DNA of 64,000 bases. Source: an uncultured Dehalococcoidales bacterium (GTDB lineage: Bacteria; Chloroflexota; Dehalococcoidia; Lucifugimonadales; Lucifugimonadaceae). Below, in pieces: positions 8,837 through 17,854 of this stretch. The notes beneath the pieces are model-generated. The model did not search any database. It saw only the letters and a list, made by a program, of their open reading frames with translations, and was not told the origin of the DNA. Made by a program: the position numbers and the translations under genes. The stretch spans positions 646 to 64,645 of the forward strand of contig CAYRHG010000072.1 in assembly GCA_964424025.1 (NCBI GenBank), in the 5' to 3' direction. Positions within the stretch are counted from its first letter, which is position 1. Each line of letters opens with the position of its first letter.

Positions 8837-10537
8837 TTATGGAATTATCGGCAATACGACCCGAGAGGCCATGGGTTCCGAGTGGAACACAGTTTGGTGC
8901 GCGACCCTTAATTCGCTGTCCGACCAATAGTCCCTGCCGGTGTTGTGATTGCGATCAAAGTTCGGGAAATCCGAACTCGATATGTACAGACGGATGCGTT
9001 GGCCTGTTTTGAACCTGCAACCGACCGGGTTCAGCTTTATTTCGTATTCATACGGCTCGCCTGGTCTGTTGTAAGCGACTTTGTCGAAACCTTCGCGGTA
9101 GCGCGTGCGGATGATCCCATAGGTCAGATTTACACATAGACCGTCTTCGTGCACGATAGCTAGTTTGGCAGCAAAATCAGTTTCGGGCGCGTCGGTGGAT
9201 GCCCAAAGTTTGACCCGCACCGGTCCAATGACATCGAGATCTTCGCTCATCGGCTCCGTGTCGTACACCAGAATGTCTTGCCGGTGGTCATTTGGCGCCT
9301 GATCTATCGGGATCGATTGGGAGTTTTGATGCATCAACGACATCACGGGATCGCGCGGGTCGTAGTCAAACTCGTCTGATGTCGCCCCTTGTGGCTTGTC
9401 GAAGCTGAGTTTGCCGTCTCCGTGAACCGAATTGGCACTACCGCCGGACCTGAGATAAAGATCGGTGTACTGAGTATCCGGCAACGGCCACGCGTCGGCA
9501 CCAATCCACTCGTTCCGGTTCAGCACGAAAAGTTGGACTGGCTTCTCTTCCGCCATACCATCGTCGTTGCCCTTGAGTACAAAGTCGTACCATCGGACGA
9601 TCAGATCCGGATAGGTGGCATCGGCTTGTGGACCGTAGTCGATCGGGCCGATATTCCGCGTGTAGTCAGTGGCATCGTGCCCCCAAGGACCTACGATCAA
9701 TCGATGCTGATTGCTTAGATCGGGGTCACCTTCCGTGATGAGCCCTTCGTAGTTGTCGATCGTTCCTATGAGCCGGTCCCACCATCCCGTGATCTGCATT
9801 ACCGGTACATCGACCTCCGGATGCACCTCGTTGAATCGCATGTATTCTCGGTTCGTGTTCCTCAAAAACGTCTGATACTGTTCGGTAAGCCCAGCAAACA
9901 CATGCTCGGGGATATCCTCGAGCGGCAACCACCAGATGTATTTGGATCGCTCAACGGCATTCCAACGATAGGTGGCATCTTCTGGTGTGATCGGGCCGTC
10001 ATCGCGACCCTCGCGTCGCCTGACATCGGCAGCCATCATGTACGTCCATTCCAGACGGCGGCCAGTCTCCCACACGCCGAAAGTGATGTCCAACATGTTC
10101 ATCGAGATGCCAGATGCGAGCGCCGCCGTCAGACTAGGCGGTTGCGAATGCAGCATCACCCAAATCGCCCACGACGCGTTGGAATGCCCCCAAGTGCCCA
10201 CTCTACCGTCGGATTGCGGAAGTTTTGCCGCCCATTCAATCGTGTCGTACCCATCTTGAACATCAAAAGTCTCGTGTTTGTCTATCCACATCCACCGGTA
10301 CTCTCCATCCGACGCATATCGCCCCCGCATGTCCTGCACGACTACCGTGTAACCCCCGTTCGCGATCTCGGTGGCATGCTCCTGATATCGAGATTGCAAC
10401 TTGTTGTACGGAGTACGGCAGACGAGGACCGGTTGCGGATCTGATCCCGTTTGGTAGTAAACGTCGCCGCGAAGAATCGTGCCGTCACGAGTGACGCACT
10501 CTTGGTCGCGTTCGATAGTGATTTTGGGCTTGGACAT
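8837..10537 (-). CDS. CocE/NonD family hydrolase (X-Pro dipeptidyl-peptidase S15-like)
   Basis: ORF 8837..10723. Probable start is ATG 10537 (MSKPKITIE..). RTPYNK...QDMRGRYASDGEY motif and large C-terminal beta-sandwich region are typical of CocE/NonD. Confidence 0.8.
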   Translation of the reverse strand: MSKPKITIERDQECVTRDGTILRGDVYYQTGSDPQPVLVCRTPYNKLQSRYQEHATEIANGGYTVVVQDMRGRYASDGEYRWMWIDKHETFDVQDGYDTIEWAAKLPQSDGRVGTWGHSNASWAIWVMLHSQPPSLTAALASGISMNMLDITFGVWETGRRLEWTYMMAADVRRREGRDDGPITPEDATYRWNAVERSKYIWWLPLEDIPEHVFAGLTEQYQTFLRNTNREYMRFNEVHPEVDVPVMQITGWWDRLIGTIDNYEGLITEGDPDLSNQHRLIVGPWGHDATDYTRNIGPIDYGPQADATYPDLIVRWYDFVLKGNDDGMAEEKPVQLFVLNRNEWIGADAWPLPDTQYTDLYLRSGGSANSVHGDGKLSFDKPQGATSDEFDYDPRDPVMSLMHQNSQSIPIDQAPNDHRQDILVYDTEPMSEDLDVIGPVRVKLWASTDAPETDFAAKLAIVHEDGLCVNLTYGIIRTRYREGFDKVAYNRPGEPYEYEIKLNPVGCRFKTGQRIRLYISSSDFPNFDRNHNTGRDYWSDSELRVAHQTVFHSEPMASRVVLPIIP

Positions 10538-10740
10538 GGAGAGGATGATACGAACAATCCCGACAATTGACGCCCACGAATCGCGTCGATTTGACGCGCA
10601 TGTTGATCGATGCGTACACTTGTTGACCAAATCCTTCGATGATTTAAAGGCAACGAACGGGATGAGTAAGTTCGTTTCTCGCCATCTACAGAGAGCCGGT
10701 ACGACCCGCTGAAAGTCCGGCATGGCGCAACGAAACTGAA

Positions 10741-10925
10741 TTGGTCCTGGAAGCTGTTTCGGGGAAACGCCCTTAGGGCGGAGTATCTGAAACCGGAGTT
10801 GGATCCGTTAAAAATCCTGAATCAAGTTGCGGCGTGAAACCGCGCCGAAACAGGGTGGCACCGCGGGCCACGCCCGTCCCTGTCCCAAAAACCAAAAAAG
10901 TTGGGGCGGGGATTTTCTTTTTGGA
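10741..10925 (+). promoter_or_regulatory. T-box riboswitch leader (probable Trp specifier) upstream of trpS
   Basis: T-box sequence aaacAGGGTGGCACCGCGgg at 10848-10866, preceded by a short Stem III-like hairpin (ggcg..cgcc). Stem I region has a GAGUA element and UGG followed by A at 10800-10803 on the 3' side. Terminator hairpin plus T-run follows. Confidence 0.7.
10873..10922 (+). terminator. intrinsic terminator of the T-box leader
   Basis: cccgtccc (10873-10880) pairs with ggggcggg (10903-10910), 8 bp including one G-U. Followed by gattttcttttt. The stem's 5' arm is C-rich and so can compete for the G-rich T-box sequence (antiterminator logic). Confidence 0.65.
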
Positions 10926-10957
10926 AATTCCGAACCTCGAAAAGAGACAGCGAAACG

Positions 10958-12022
10958 ATGACCGCGACAACCACTGAAACCACCAACCGAAAGCACTTCG
11001 ACGTTAAACCCGGCGCCAAACCCCGCATCTTGACAGGCATCAGACCTACCGGCGCGCTTCACCTCGGGCACTACGTCGGAGCTCTCAAGAACTGGTTGGC
11101 ATTGCAAGACGAGTACGAGTGCTACTTCCTGATCGCCGATTATCAAGCTCTCGGCGACCACTTCCACGACATCGACCTGATCAGGGAGTCCGTCATCGAC
11201 GTCACCCTCGACTGGCTCGCTGTCGGCCTGGACCCCGAAAAATCATCGTTTGTGGTCCAAAGCTACGTGCCAGAACATGCCGAGCTGACGATGTTGCTCT
11301 CATTCATCACTCAGCTTGGAATGTTGGAGCGAAACCCGACGCTCAAATCCGAGATCGACAGCTTGCCAGTCGAACGCAGAACTGTTGGCTTCTACAACTA
11401 CCCCATGAGCCAAGTCGCCGACATCTTGCTCCCCCGCGCGCACCTCGTTCCGGTCGGCGAGGATCAAGCTCCCCACATCGAGATGACGCGCGAGGTCGCC
11501 CGCAAGTTCAACCGCATGTTCGGCCGCGTCTTCCCCGAACCGGGCACCCTGATTGGAGACGTCGGCAGATTGGTGGGTGTCGACGGCGACTCCAAGATGA
11601 GCAAGTCAAAGGGCAACGCGATCATGCTCAGCGATCCCACTGATGAAGTGAACAAAAAAGTCCGAAGCATGTTCACCGACCCGAATCGCATCAGAGCCGA
11701 CATTCCGGGTCGCGTCGAAGGAAACCCAGTCTTCGAATATCACGACGCCTTCAATCCCGATGAAGCGCAGATCAACGACTTCAAAGATCGCTATCGCAAG
11801 GGCAAAGTCGGTGATGTTGAGGTGAAGGTAGCGCTGGCAGAGGCTTTAAACGATTTCCTCGATCCGGTCCGCGAACGCCGGGCGCATTTCCAAAAAAACA
11901 TGCCTTTCGTTGAAGACGTACTGATGCAGGGCGTTCGGCGAGGCAGGGCGATCGCCAAAGAGACGATGCAGAGAGTGCGCGACGCAATGCGTATTAGTTC
12001 ATACACGTCGTCTTGGTCGTAG
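10958..12022 (+). CDS. trpS: tryptophan--tRNA ligase
   Basis: ORF 10901..12022. ATG 10958 lies just after the leader terminator. Class I motifs GALHLGHY (HIGH) and KMSKSKGN (KMSKS), with TrpRS-like overall pattern. Confidence 0.9.
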   Translation: MTATTTETTNRKHFDVKPGAKPRILTGIRPTGALHLGHYVGALKNWLALQDEYECYFLIADYQALGDHFHDIDLIRESVIDVTLDWLAVGLDPEKSSFVVQSYVPEHAELTMLLSFITQLGMLERNPTLKSEIDSLPVERRTVGFYNYPMSQVADILLPRAHLVPVGEDQAPHIEMTREVARKFNRMFGRVFPEPGTLIGDVGRLVGVDGDSKMSKSKGNAIMLSDPTDEVNKKVRSMFTDPNRIRADIPGRVEGNPVFEYHDAFNPDEAQINDFKDRYRKGKVGDVEVKVALAEALNDFLDPVRERRAHFQKNMPFVEDVLMQGVRRGRAIAKETMQRVRDAMRISSYTSSWS

Positions 12023-12076
12023 CCGCAGCCGCATAACCGGCGGTTTCGGCACAGTCTGATCGCACAACACGTTCCG

Positions 12077-12095
12077 ATCTCCCGCGTAGGGAGAT
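12077..12095 (+). other. 7-bp hairpin in the trpS-trpE spacer
   Basis: atctccc / gcgta / gggagat seen directly. No T-run follows. Confidence 0.3.
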
Positions 12096-12117
12096 TCCAC
12101 ACCGAAAGCACAATCCA

Positions 12118-13701
12118 ATGACGAACACATACGCATACACGCCTGACTTGCCGTCCTTCGAACGGTTGGCGGGCGAAGGATACAACCTGATTCCCATCTT
12201 TCGCGAGATCGCGGCCGACCTCGAAACACCAGTTTCCGCGTTCATCAAGATCGCCCGTGGTTCGAACTCGTTCCTATTCGAGAGCGTTGAAGGCGGTGAG
12301 CACGTCGCCCGTTACTCATTCCTGGGCACCGAACCATCCGACGTTATTCGGACCGGAGACGCAACGCCAATCGGTAACGTCGACCCGCTGTCCGTACTCA
12401 AGGAAAGGCTCGAAAACTATCGTTACCCATCCGTCGATGGACTACCGAAATTCGACGGCGGCGCCGTAGGTTACGTGGCGTACGACGCCATCAAATACTT
12501 CGAACCTCGTGTCCCTGAAATATCCGACGAATCATTGGGCATGGGGGTTCCCGAAGCGGTGTTCATGCTCACCGATTCGATGTTGATATTCGACCACGTC
12601 CGCCAGAGCATCGTAGTCGTCGCCCACGCAACGATCGAAGCTGAAACCGACCCGAAAGAGGCTTATGAAAGCGCGACCGACCGCATAGAGGCATTGATTG
12701 GCCGGCTCAATCAACCACTGCCAAGCTCGGCGATGAGGCGCTCGGGCGCGCCCGCACACACGTTGACGAGAGCGGACGACGCTGACATCGACTACGCGTT
12801 TGTAGGATCTGCGGCTTCTATGCCAGCGGGTTGGTACACCGATGGTGCCGACGAGGCGATCGGACATCGATACGTCCCCAACATGTCGCGCGAGAACTAC
12901 CGCAAGATGGTCGAAGCATGCAAGAAGGCCATCTACGATGGCGAGATCATCCAAGTGGTCGTGTCGCAAAGGTTGACGCGCCGCACCGCGGTTGAACCGT
13001 TCGACTTGTATAGGTCGCTCCGGGCGATCAATCCGTCGCCTTACATGTTCTATCTAGATCTGGACGGCTTCCAAATCATCGGCGCTTCGCCCGAACTGCT
13101 CGTCCAATCGGTTGATGGTCAGGTTGCTGTCCACCCCATTGCAGGTTCACGCCCACGCGGCCTGACGCCCGAAGAGGATGACGCACTCGCCGAAGAACTG
13201 CTCTCCGATGAAAAAGAGATTGCCGAACACGTCATGCTTCTCGACCTCGGTCGCAACGACGTCGGCCGTATTAGCAGACCGGGCACCGTGCGGGTAACTC
13301 AACAGCTAGAGATCGAACGCTACTCGCACATCATGCACATCGTCTCGCACGTCGAAGGCACGCTCGACGAAGGCTACGACGTATACGACGTGCTGCGCGC
13401 CGGTTTTCCAGCTGGCACCGTCTCAGGCGCTCCTAAGATTCGCGCCATGGAGATCATCGCCGAGTACGAACCCGACAAGCGCGGCCCCTACTCCGGAGCC
13501 GTCGGCTACTTCTCCTACTCCGGAAACATGGACACCGCAATCTCGTTGCGCACGATGACACTGCGTGACGGCGTCGCCTATCTCCAAGCCGGAGGCGGTA
13601 TCGTCGCCGATTCCGACCCGAAAACCGAATACGAAGAGACCCTGCACAAGATGGGCGCATTGATGCACGCCATCGACCACGCCGAGTCTTTGATGGAGTG
13701 A
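12118..13701 (+). CDS. trpE: anthranilate synthase component I
   Basis: 527-aa ORF. LFESVEGGE N-terminal motif and chorismate-binding C-terminal domain (GAPKIRAMEII, GGGIVADSDP). Confidence 0.95.
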   Translation: MTNTYAYTPDLPSFERLAGEGYNLIPIFREIAADLETPVSAFIKIARGSNSFLFESVEGGEHVARYSFLGTEPSDVIRTGDATPIGNVDPLSVLKERLENYRYPSVDGLPKFDGGAVGYVAYDAIKYFEPRVPEISDESLGMGVPEAVFMLTDSMLIFDHVRQSIVVVAHATIEAETDPKEAYESATDRIEALIGRLNQPLPSSAMRRSGAPAHTLTRADDADIDYAFVGSAASMPAGWYTDGADEAIGHRYVPNMSRENYRKMVEACKKAIYDGEIIQVVVSQRLTRRTAVEPFDLYRSLRAINPSPYMFYLDLDGFQIIGASPELLVQSVDGQVAVHPIAGSRPRGLTPEEDDALAEELLSDEKEIAEHVMLLDLGRNDVGRISRPGTVRVTQQLEIERYSHIMHIVSHVEGTLDEGYDVYDVLRAGFPAGTVSGAPKIRAMEIIAEYEPDKRGPYSGAVGYFSYSGNMDTAISLRTMTLRDGVAYLQAGGGIVADSDPKTEYEETLHKMGALMHAIDHAESLME

Positions 13702-13707
13702 TTAGAG

Positions 13708-14280
13708 ATGCTGCTACTCATAGACAACTACGACAGCTTCACCTACAACCTCTTCCAGTACCTATCCGAACTCGGCGAGGATGTGGAGGTCGTGCGCAAC
13801 GACAAGGCCACCGTCCGAGAATTGGCCGACATGCAACCCGAACGCCTCGTCGTTTCACCGGGACCCTCACATCCGCGCAACGCCGGCATCTCGATCGAAG
13901 CCATCCAACACTTCGCCGGCAAGATACCCGTCCTGGGCGTCTGCCTAGGTCACCAAGCGATCGGAGAAGCGTTCGGTGGCATCGTCGACCACGCAGGCGA
14001 GTTGAAACACGGCAAAACCTCGATGATCGAACACGACAACAAAGGCGTATTCAAAGACCTACCCAACCCGTTCGAAGCCGTCCGTTACCACTCGCTGGCC
14101 GTCCAGCCCGACGCCGTACCGCCCGGCTTCGAAGTCTCCGCCCGATCCGCCGAAAGCGGCGTAATCATGGGAATGCGCCATCCCGAAATGCCCATCGAAG
14201 GCGTCCAATTCCATCCCGAGTCGATACTGACACGGCCGGGGAAGGATCTGTTGCGGAACTTTTTGGAGATGAGGGTGTGA
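13708..14280 (+). CDS. trpG: anthranilate synthase component II (glutamine amidotransferase)
   Basis: 190-aa ORF. LLIDNYDSFTYNL start, catalytic GVCLGHQ, and HPES near the C-terminus. Confidence 0.9.
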   Translation: MLLLIDNYDSFTYNLFQYLSELGEDVEVVRNDKATVRELADMQPERLVVSPGPSHPRNAGISIEAIQHFAGKIPVLGVCLGHQAIGEAFGGIVDHAGELKHGKTSMIEHDNKGVFKDLPNPFEAVRYHSLAVQPDAVPPGFEVSARSAESGVIMGMRHPEMPIEGVQFHPESILTRPGKDLLRNFLEMRV

Positions 14281-14312
14281 GCTGCGTCGGTTGTTATCAA
14301 TAAGCAGATACC

Positions 14313-14654
14313 ATGACGAAACTGCCGAATGCACACCGGGCAGAAGTCGCGAAGACGAAAGTCGTTGACTATCTGCTGTCCATTTGGCATCCAAGAGGTC
14401 GAGCCAAGGCGAGGTTCTTTCTCGGTTTTGGTTTCGATCCTGACGGATGGGCTGATTTCGCCAACGCTTTGGTTCAACACGCGGCAGCTGGTGAGGTTAC
14501 GAGCACTGTAGAGACTGCACACGGTATATGCTATCGAGTAAACGGAGTTATCGAGACGCCAGACGGACGCAATCCGCAGATCAGCACAGTGTGGCAAATC
14601 GACTGGGGGCATGAAAACCCAAGAATCGTAACTGCATACCCGCTAAACAGGTGA
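14313..14654 (+). CDS. DUF6883-like protein
   Basis: 113-aa ORF. KLPNA......K..DYLLS..HPRGR.KARFF..FGF pattern matches my recollection of DUF6883-domain proteins. Confidence 0.6.
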   Translation: MTKLPNAHRAEVAKTKVVDYLLSIWHPRGRAKARFFLGFGFDPDGWADFANALVQHAAAGEVTSTVETAHGICYRVNGVIETPDGRNPQISTVWQIDWGHENPRIVTAYPLNR

Positions 14655-14657
14655 GAC

Positions 14658-14906
14658 ATGTTTGAAGAACACAAGCTGGTTGTGCTAACGGATCATGTCA
14701 AGGGCCACGAGAACGAGGAGTTAAGCCCTGGCGATGTCGGAACCGTTGTGTATATACATAATGGTGGCGAGGCTTATATTGTCGAATTCATGTCGTTGGA
14801 AGGTGAAACGGTGGCTCTTGCCACAGTCCGCCATTCCCAAGCCCGTGCCGTAGCAAGAGACGACATCTCCCACGCTAGAACGATGGCTCCTTCGGTTGCG
14901 GCGTGA
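14658..14906 (+). CDS. DUF4926-like protein
   Basis: 82-aa ORF starting 3 nt after the upstream stop. VVLT.........L.PGDVGTVVYIH.GGEAYIVEF....GETVA pattern matches my recollection of DUF4926 proteins, the usual DUF6883 partner. Confidence 0.6.
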   Translation: MFEEHKLVVLTDHVKGHENEELSPGDVGTVVYIHNGGEAYIVEFMSLEGETVALATVRHSQARAVARDDISHARTMAPSVAA

Positions 14907-15199
14907 ACTACGTCGATTTGTTTCGATGCTTGGCTATTGATTCTTTTCCCGCATCGAAATTGACATCACTCAACCAAGATTTCTGATAGGTTTGCTCGAC
15001 CCTTGTCGCCTAGGTGAACCTGCAGACAAAAATGACCCCCCTGACTACTCCGCCTCTAAGGAGAGAACACCCTTGGCATTCTTGTCATCAGGGGGGAACC
15101 TTTAGTTAAACGATAGCACGTCGAAGTGAACAGGTACCGGTGCGCGCGTAGTTCGTTACCATATCGTGCAGCCAACCGACAAGTTACGACGAACTAACC

Positions 15200-16246
15200 A
15201 TGAACATCCAACAAGGCATCCAAGCAGCCGTCGACGGCATCGACCTCTCGCAATCCGAAGCCGCCGATGTCATGGCGCAGATTATGGGCGGCGAGGCCAC
15301 CGAAGCTCAGTTCGGCTCGTTCGTGACCGCGCTCCGCATGAAAGGCGAAACACCTGAAGAGATCGCCGGCATGGCCTCGGTGATGCGAGATGTGTCGCTG
15401 CACGTAAACAGCGGCGTCGAGACCGTCGACACCTGCGGCACCGGCGGCGACGCTAAAGGTTGGTTCAACATCTCCACGGCCGCCGGATTCGTCGTCGCAG
15501 GCGCCGGTGTGCACGTCGCCAAACACGGTAACAGGGCGATGTCCGGATCAACAGGCAGTGCGGACGTTCTCGAAGCTCTCGGGGTCAACATCCTGCTCGG
15601 ACCAGAGGGAGTATTTCGCTGCATCAACGAAGCCGGCATCGGATTCATGTTCGCTCAGGCTTTTCATCCCGCCATGCGGTTTGCAGGACCGCTCCGACCA
15701 CAGATCGGCATCCGTACCGTGTTCAACATCCTCGGACCGCTAACCAATCCAGCAGGTGCGACACGTCAAGTCTTGGGCGTCGCCGACCGCGCGACCGCCG
15801 AGAAGATCGCAAAGGCGCTTCAGCTGCTCGGAACGGATTACGCATTGGTGGTGCACGGTGAGTCAGGTGCCGACGAAGTCGACATCGAGGGGCACACCCT
15901 GATGTTCCAAGTAACACCCGACATCTTAAAGCGACGCCGGACCCGCCCCGCCGACTTCGGTCTGCCCGAAGGCGATCGCGAGCATCTGGTCGCAGAGTCG
16001 GTAGAACACAGCGCTGAGATCATCCGAACCGTCCTCTCGGGCGCGGGTGGCGAACACAACGCTCCGCCAAGCCCCGAACGCTCCCGATACAACGTAGTCG
16101 CGATAAACGCCGCTGTCGCACTTCTTGCCGCAGGCAAAGCAGAAAGCTTCAACGACGCCGCCCTAATGGCCAAAGACAGCATCGACAGCGGTGCCGCCGC
16201 CGCGAAACTCGCTGCCTTGGCCAAAGTCAGCAGCGGCTTAAGTTGA
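15200..16246 (+). CDS. trpD: anthranilate phosphoribosyltransferase
   Basis: 348-aa ORF. CGTGGD, HGNRA.S and NILGPLTNPA motifs. Confidence 0.95.
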   Translation: MNIQQGIQAAVDGIDLSQSEAADVMAQIMGGEATEAQFGSFVTALRMKGETPEEIAGMASVMRDVSLHVNSGVETVDTCGTGGDAKGWFNISTAAGFVVAGAGVHVAKHGNRAMSGSTGSADVLEALGVNILLGPEGVFRCINEAGIGFMFAQAFHPAMRFAGPLRPQIGIRTVFNILGPLTNPAGATRQVLGVADRATAEKIAKALQLLGTDYALVVHGESGADEVDIEGHTLMFQVTPDILKRRRTRPADFGLPEGDREHLVAESVEHSAEIIRTVLSGAGGEHNAPPSPERSRYNVVAINAAVALLAAGKAESFNDAALMAKDSIDSGAAAAKLAALAKVSSGLS

Positions 16247-16386
16247 ACGGGATTGGATATGTTTCCGCATCAACGGATCGAGAATACCCCGCCGAGGCGA
16301 CGAAGTTTTCGACGGTGTAACATGTCGTAAGCCCACTTCGGGTGCTCGGTAGCGTCCATCCGCGCGGTATCATTCCGAGCGGATTC

Positions 16387-17649
16387 ATGATCTCGACGAA
16401 AGTAAAACCCACACTCGACCGATACGGTAACTCCTTGCGTTACCGCGATTTCCGATGGGTGATGCTCGGCAGCTTGGGCGGTCAATCCGCCTATTGGGCA
16501 TTGATCATCGCGCGCGGGGTGCTGGTGTTGGAGATGACGAATTCGTCTGCGTGGGTGGGGGTAGCCACGTTCGCTGCGATGGTTCCGCGGTTCTTGATGC
16601 CGCCAGTCGCCGGCTATCTCGCCGATCGGTTCGACCGCCGCAATGTGCTCGTGATCGCATACGTGCTCCAGTTCTTCAACGTACTGGCTCTGGCAGGGTT
16701 GGCTTTCGCGGACATGTTGACGATAGGGATATTGGTCGCGTTGTCATTGCTTAACGGTAGTTTCAGGGCCTTCCAGATGACGGCGACCCAGGCTTTGGTG
16801 CCGAATCTTGTCCCGCAGCGCGACTTGTTGAACGCGATCGCTCTCAACCAGATGTCGCTGCAAGGCTCGCGACTGGTCGGGCCCGCGCTGATCGCTCCGG
16901 CGTTGCTGACTAGCGGCACGAGCGCCGCGTTCCTCGCCTGTGCAGCCTTGTACGTGGTCAGCATCGTGTCGGTCGTGGCGATACAGACCCGGTCGAGCGG
17001 CGCGCTGACGAAAGGCGCGGGGATGATCCAGAGCTTGGTCGAAGCCGGATCATACGCTTGGGCCGATACCCAGTTGAGATTCCTGTTCATCCTGATCGCC
17101 TTGCACTGCGCGATGACGATGTCCTTCGAGACGGTGTTGCCGGTCCTTTCAAAAGAAGTGTTGGACAATCCCGAAAACGCCAACACCCTGATGATGGCCG
17201 TAGGAGGAGGTGCATTAATCGGCGTGTTTGCCATCAGCGGGACGCGAGGAGCAACCAGTCGCGGCATGATCATGCTCGTCACCGCCGCCCTCAGCGGCGC
17301 GGCTATGTTGATTCTGGCCTTTGCGACTGATCTTCCTACCGCCATGCTGGGCGCAGCGGCAATGGGCGCCACTCAGGCAGCATTCATGGCGATCGCCGGA
17401 GCCATGGTCCAGTCGCTAGCCCCAGACGAAATGCGAGGCCGGATCACAGGTTTCAGTCACATCATCATCGGAGGCACGATGGCAGTATTGAATCTCGTCA
17501 ACGGCTTCGCAGCAGACATGTTCGGCGTCTCAGCCGTCCTCTTCGTAATGGGTCTCGGCTTCACCGCGATCGTCCTCGCAAGCCTAGCCGTAGGTCCCCT
17601 CCGGAACATCTACCGCGGCATAGCCGCAGCTCCCGCCCCGGCCGGGTAG
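16387..17649 (+). CDS. MFS transporter
   Basis: ORF 16342..17649; probable start ATG 16387. About 12 predicted TM helices and a G.LADRFDRR loop motif between TM2 and TM3. Confidence 0.75.
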   Translation: MISTKVKPTLDRYGNSLRYRDFRWVMLGSLGGQSAYWALIIARGVLVLEMTNSSAWVGVATFAAMVPRFLMPPVAGYLADRFDRRNVLVIAYVLQFFNVLALAGLAFADMLTIGILVALSLLNGSFRAFQMTATQALVPNLVPQRDLLNAIALNQMSLQGSRLVGPALIAPALLTSGTSAAFLACAALYVVSIVSVVAIQTRSSGALTKGAGMIQSLVEAGSYAWADTQLRFLFILIALHCAMTMSFETVLPVLSKEVLDNPENANTLMMAVGGGALIGVFAISGTRGATSRGMIMLVTAALSGAAMLILAFATDLPTAMLGAAAMGATQAAFMAIAGAMVQSLAPDEMRGRITGFSHIIIGGTMAVLNLVNGFAADMFGVSAVLFVMGLGFTAIVLASLAVGPLRNIYRGIAAAPAPAG

Positions 17650-17724
17650 ATTCCGTGCCACGTCTGAAGCCTCTTTGCACAAACATAGGGGCAACCATCG
17701 TGGTCGCTCTACCAGCCACTTATG

Positions 17725-17806
17725 CCCCTTTCGTGGGACGAAAGGGGCGCGAGCGCAGCGAGCGGGGTATGCAGGGGGAAGGGAAGGGTCCTGCCAACCA
17801 AACAAC
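17725..17806 (+). repeat. repeat unit A: 9-bp hairpin + G-rich tract + CCTGCCAACCAAACAAC
   Basis: cccctttcg/tggga/cgaaagggg (17725-17747), then a G-rich tract, then cctgccaaccaaacaac (17790-17806). Same architecture and 16/17-identical tail as unit B. Confidence 0.6.
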
Positions 17807-17819
17807 GGCCAACCCACAC

Positions 17820-17850
17820 TTGACTTACTTGATACATATGTATTAATATC
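17820..17850 (+). promoter_or_regulatory. promoter-like AT island (-35 TTGACT, AT-rich -10 region) containing the 12-bp palindrome ATACATATGTAT
   Basis: TTGACT at 17820-17825, 17-nt spacer, TTAATA at 17843-17848 (alternatives TATTAA and TAATAT). Stands out against GC-rich flanks, with no ORF downstream for ~830 nt. Confidence 0.4.
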
Positions 17851-17854
17851 AACA

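Noticed and set aside
13698-14303. 201-aa Arg-rich plus-strand ORF overlapping trpG in another frame
   Set aside because: Extreme Arg/Pro/Thr composition. The trpG frame (13708..14280) has the catalytic GVCLGHQ and HPES motifs.
16614-17372. 252-aa minus-strand ORF inside the MFS transporter gene
   Set aside because: It is antisense to a well-formed 12-TM MFS protein and has Ala/Arg-rich low-information composition.
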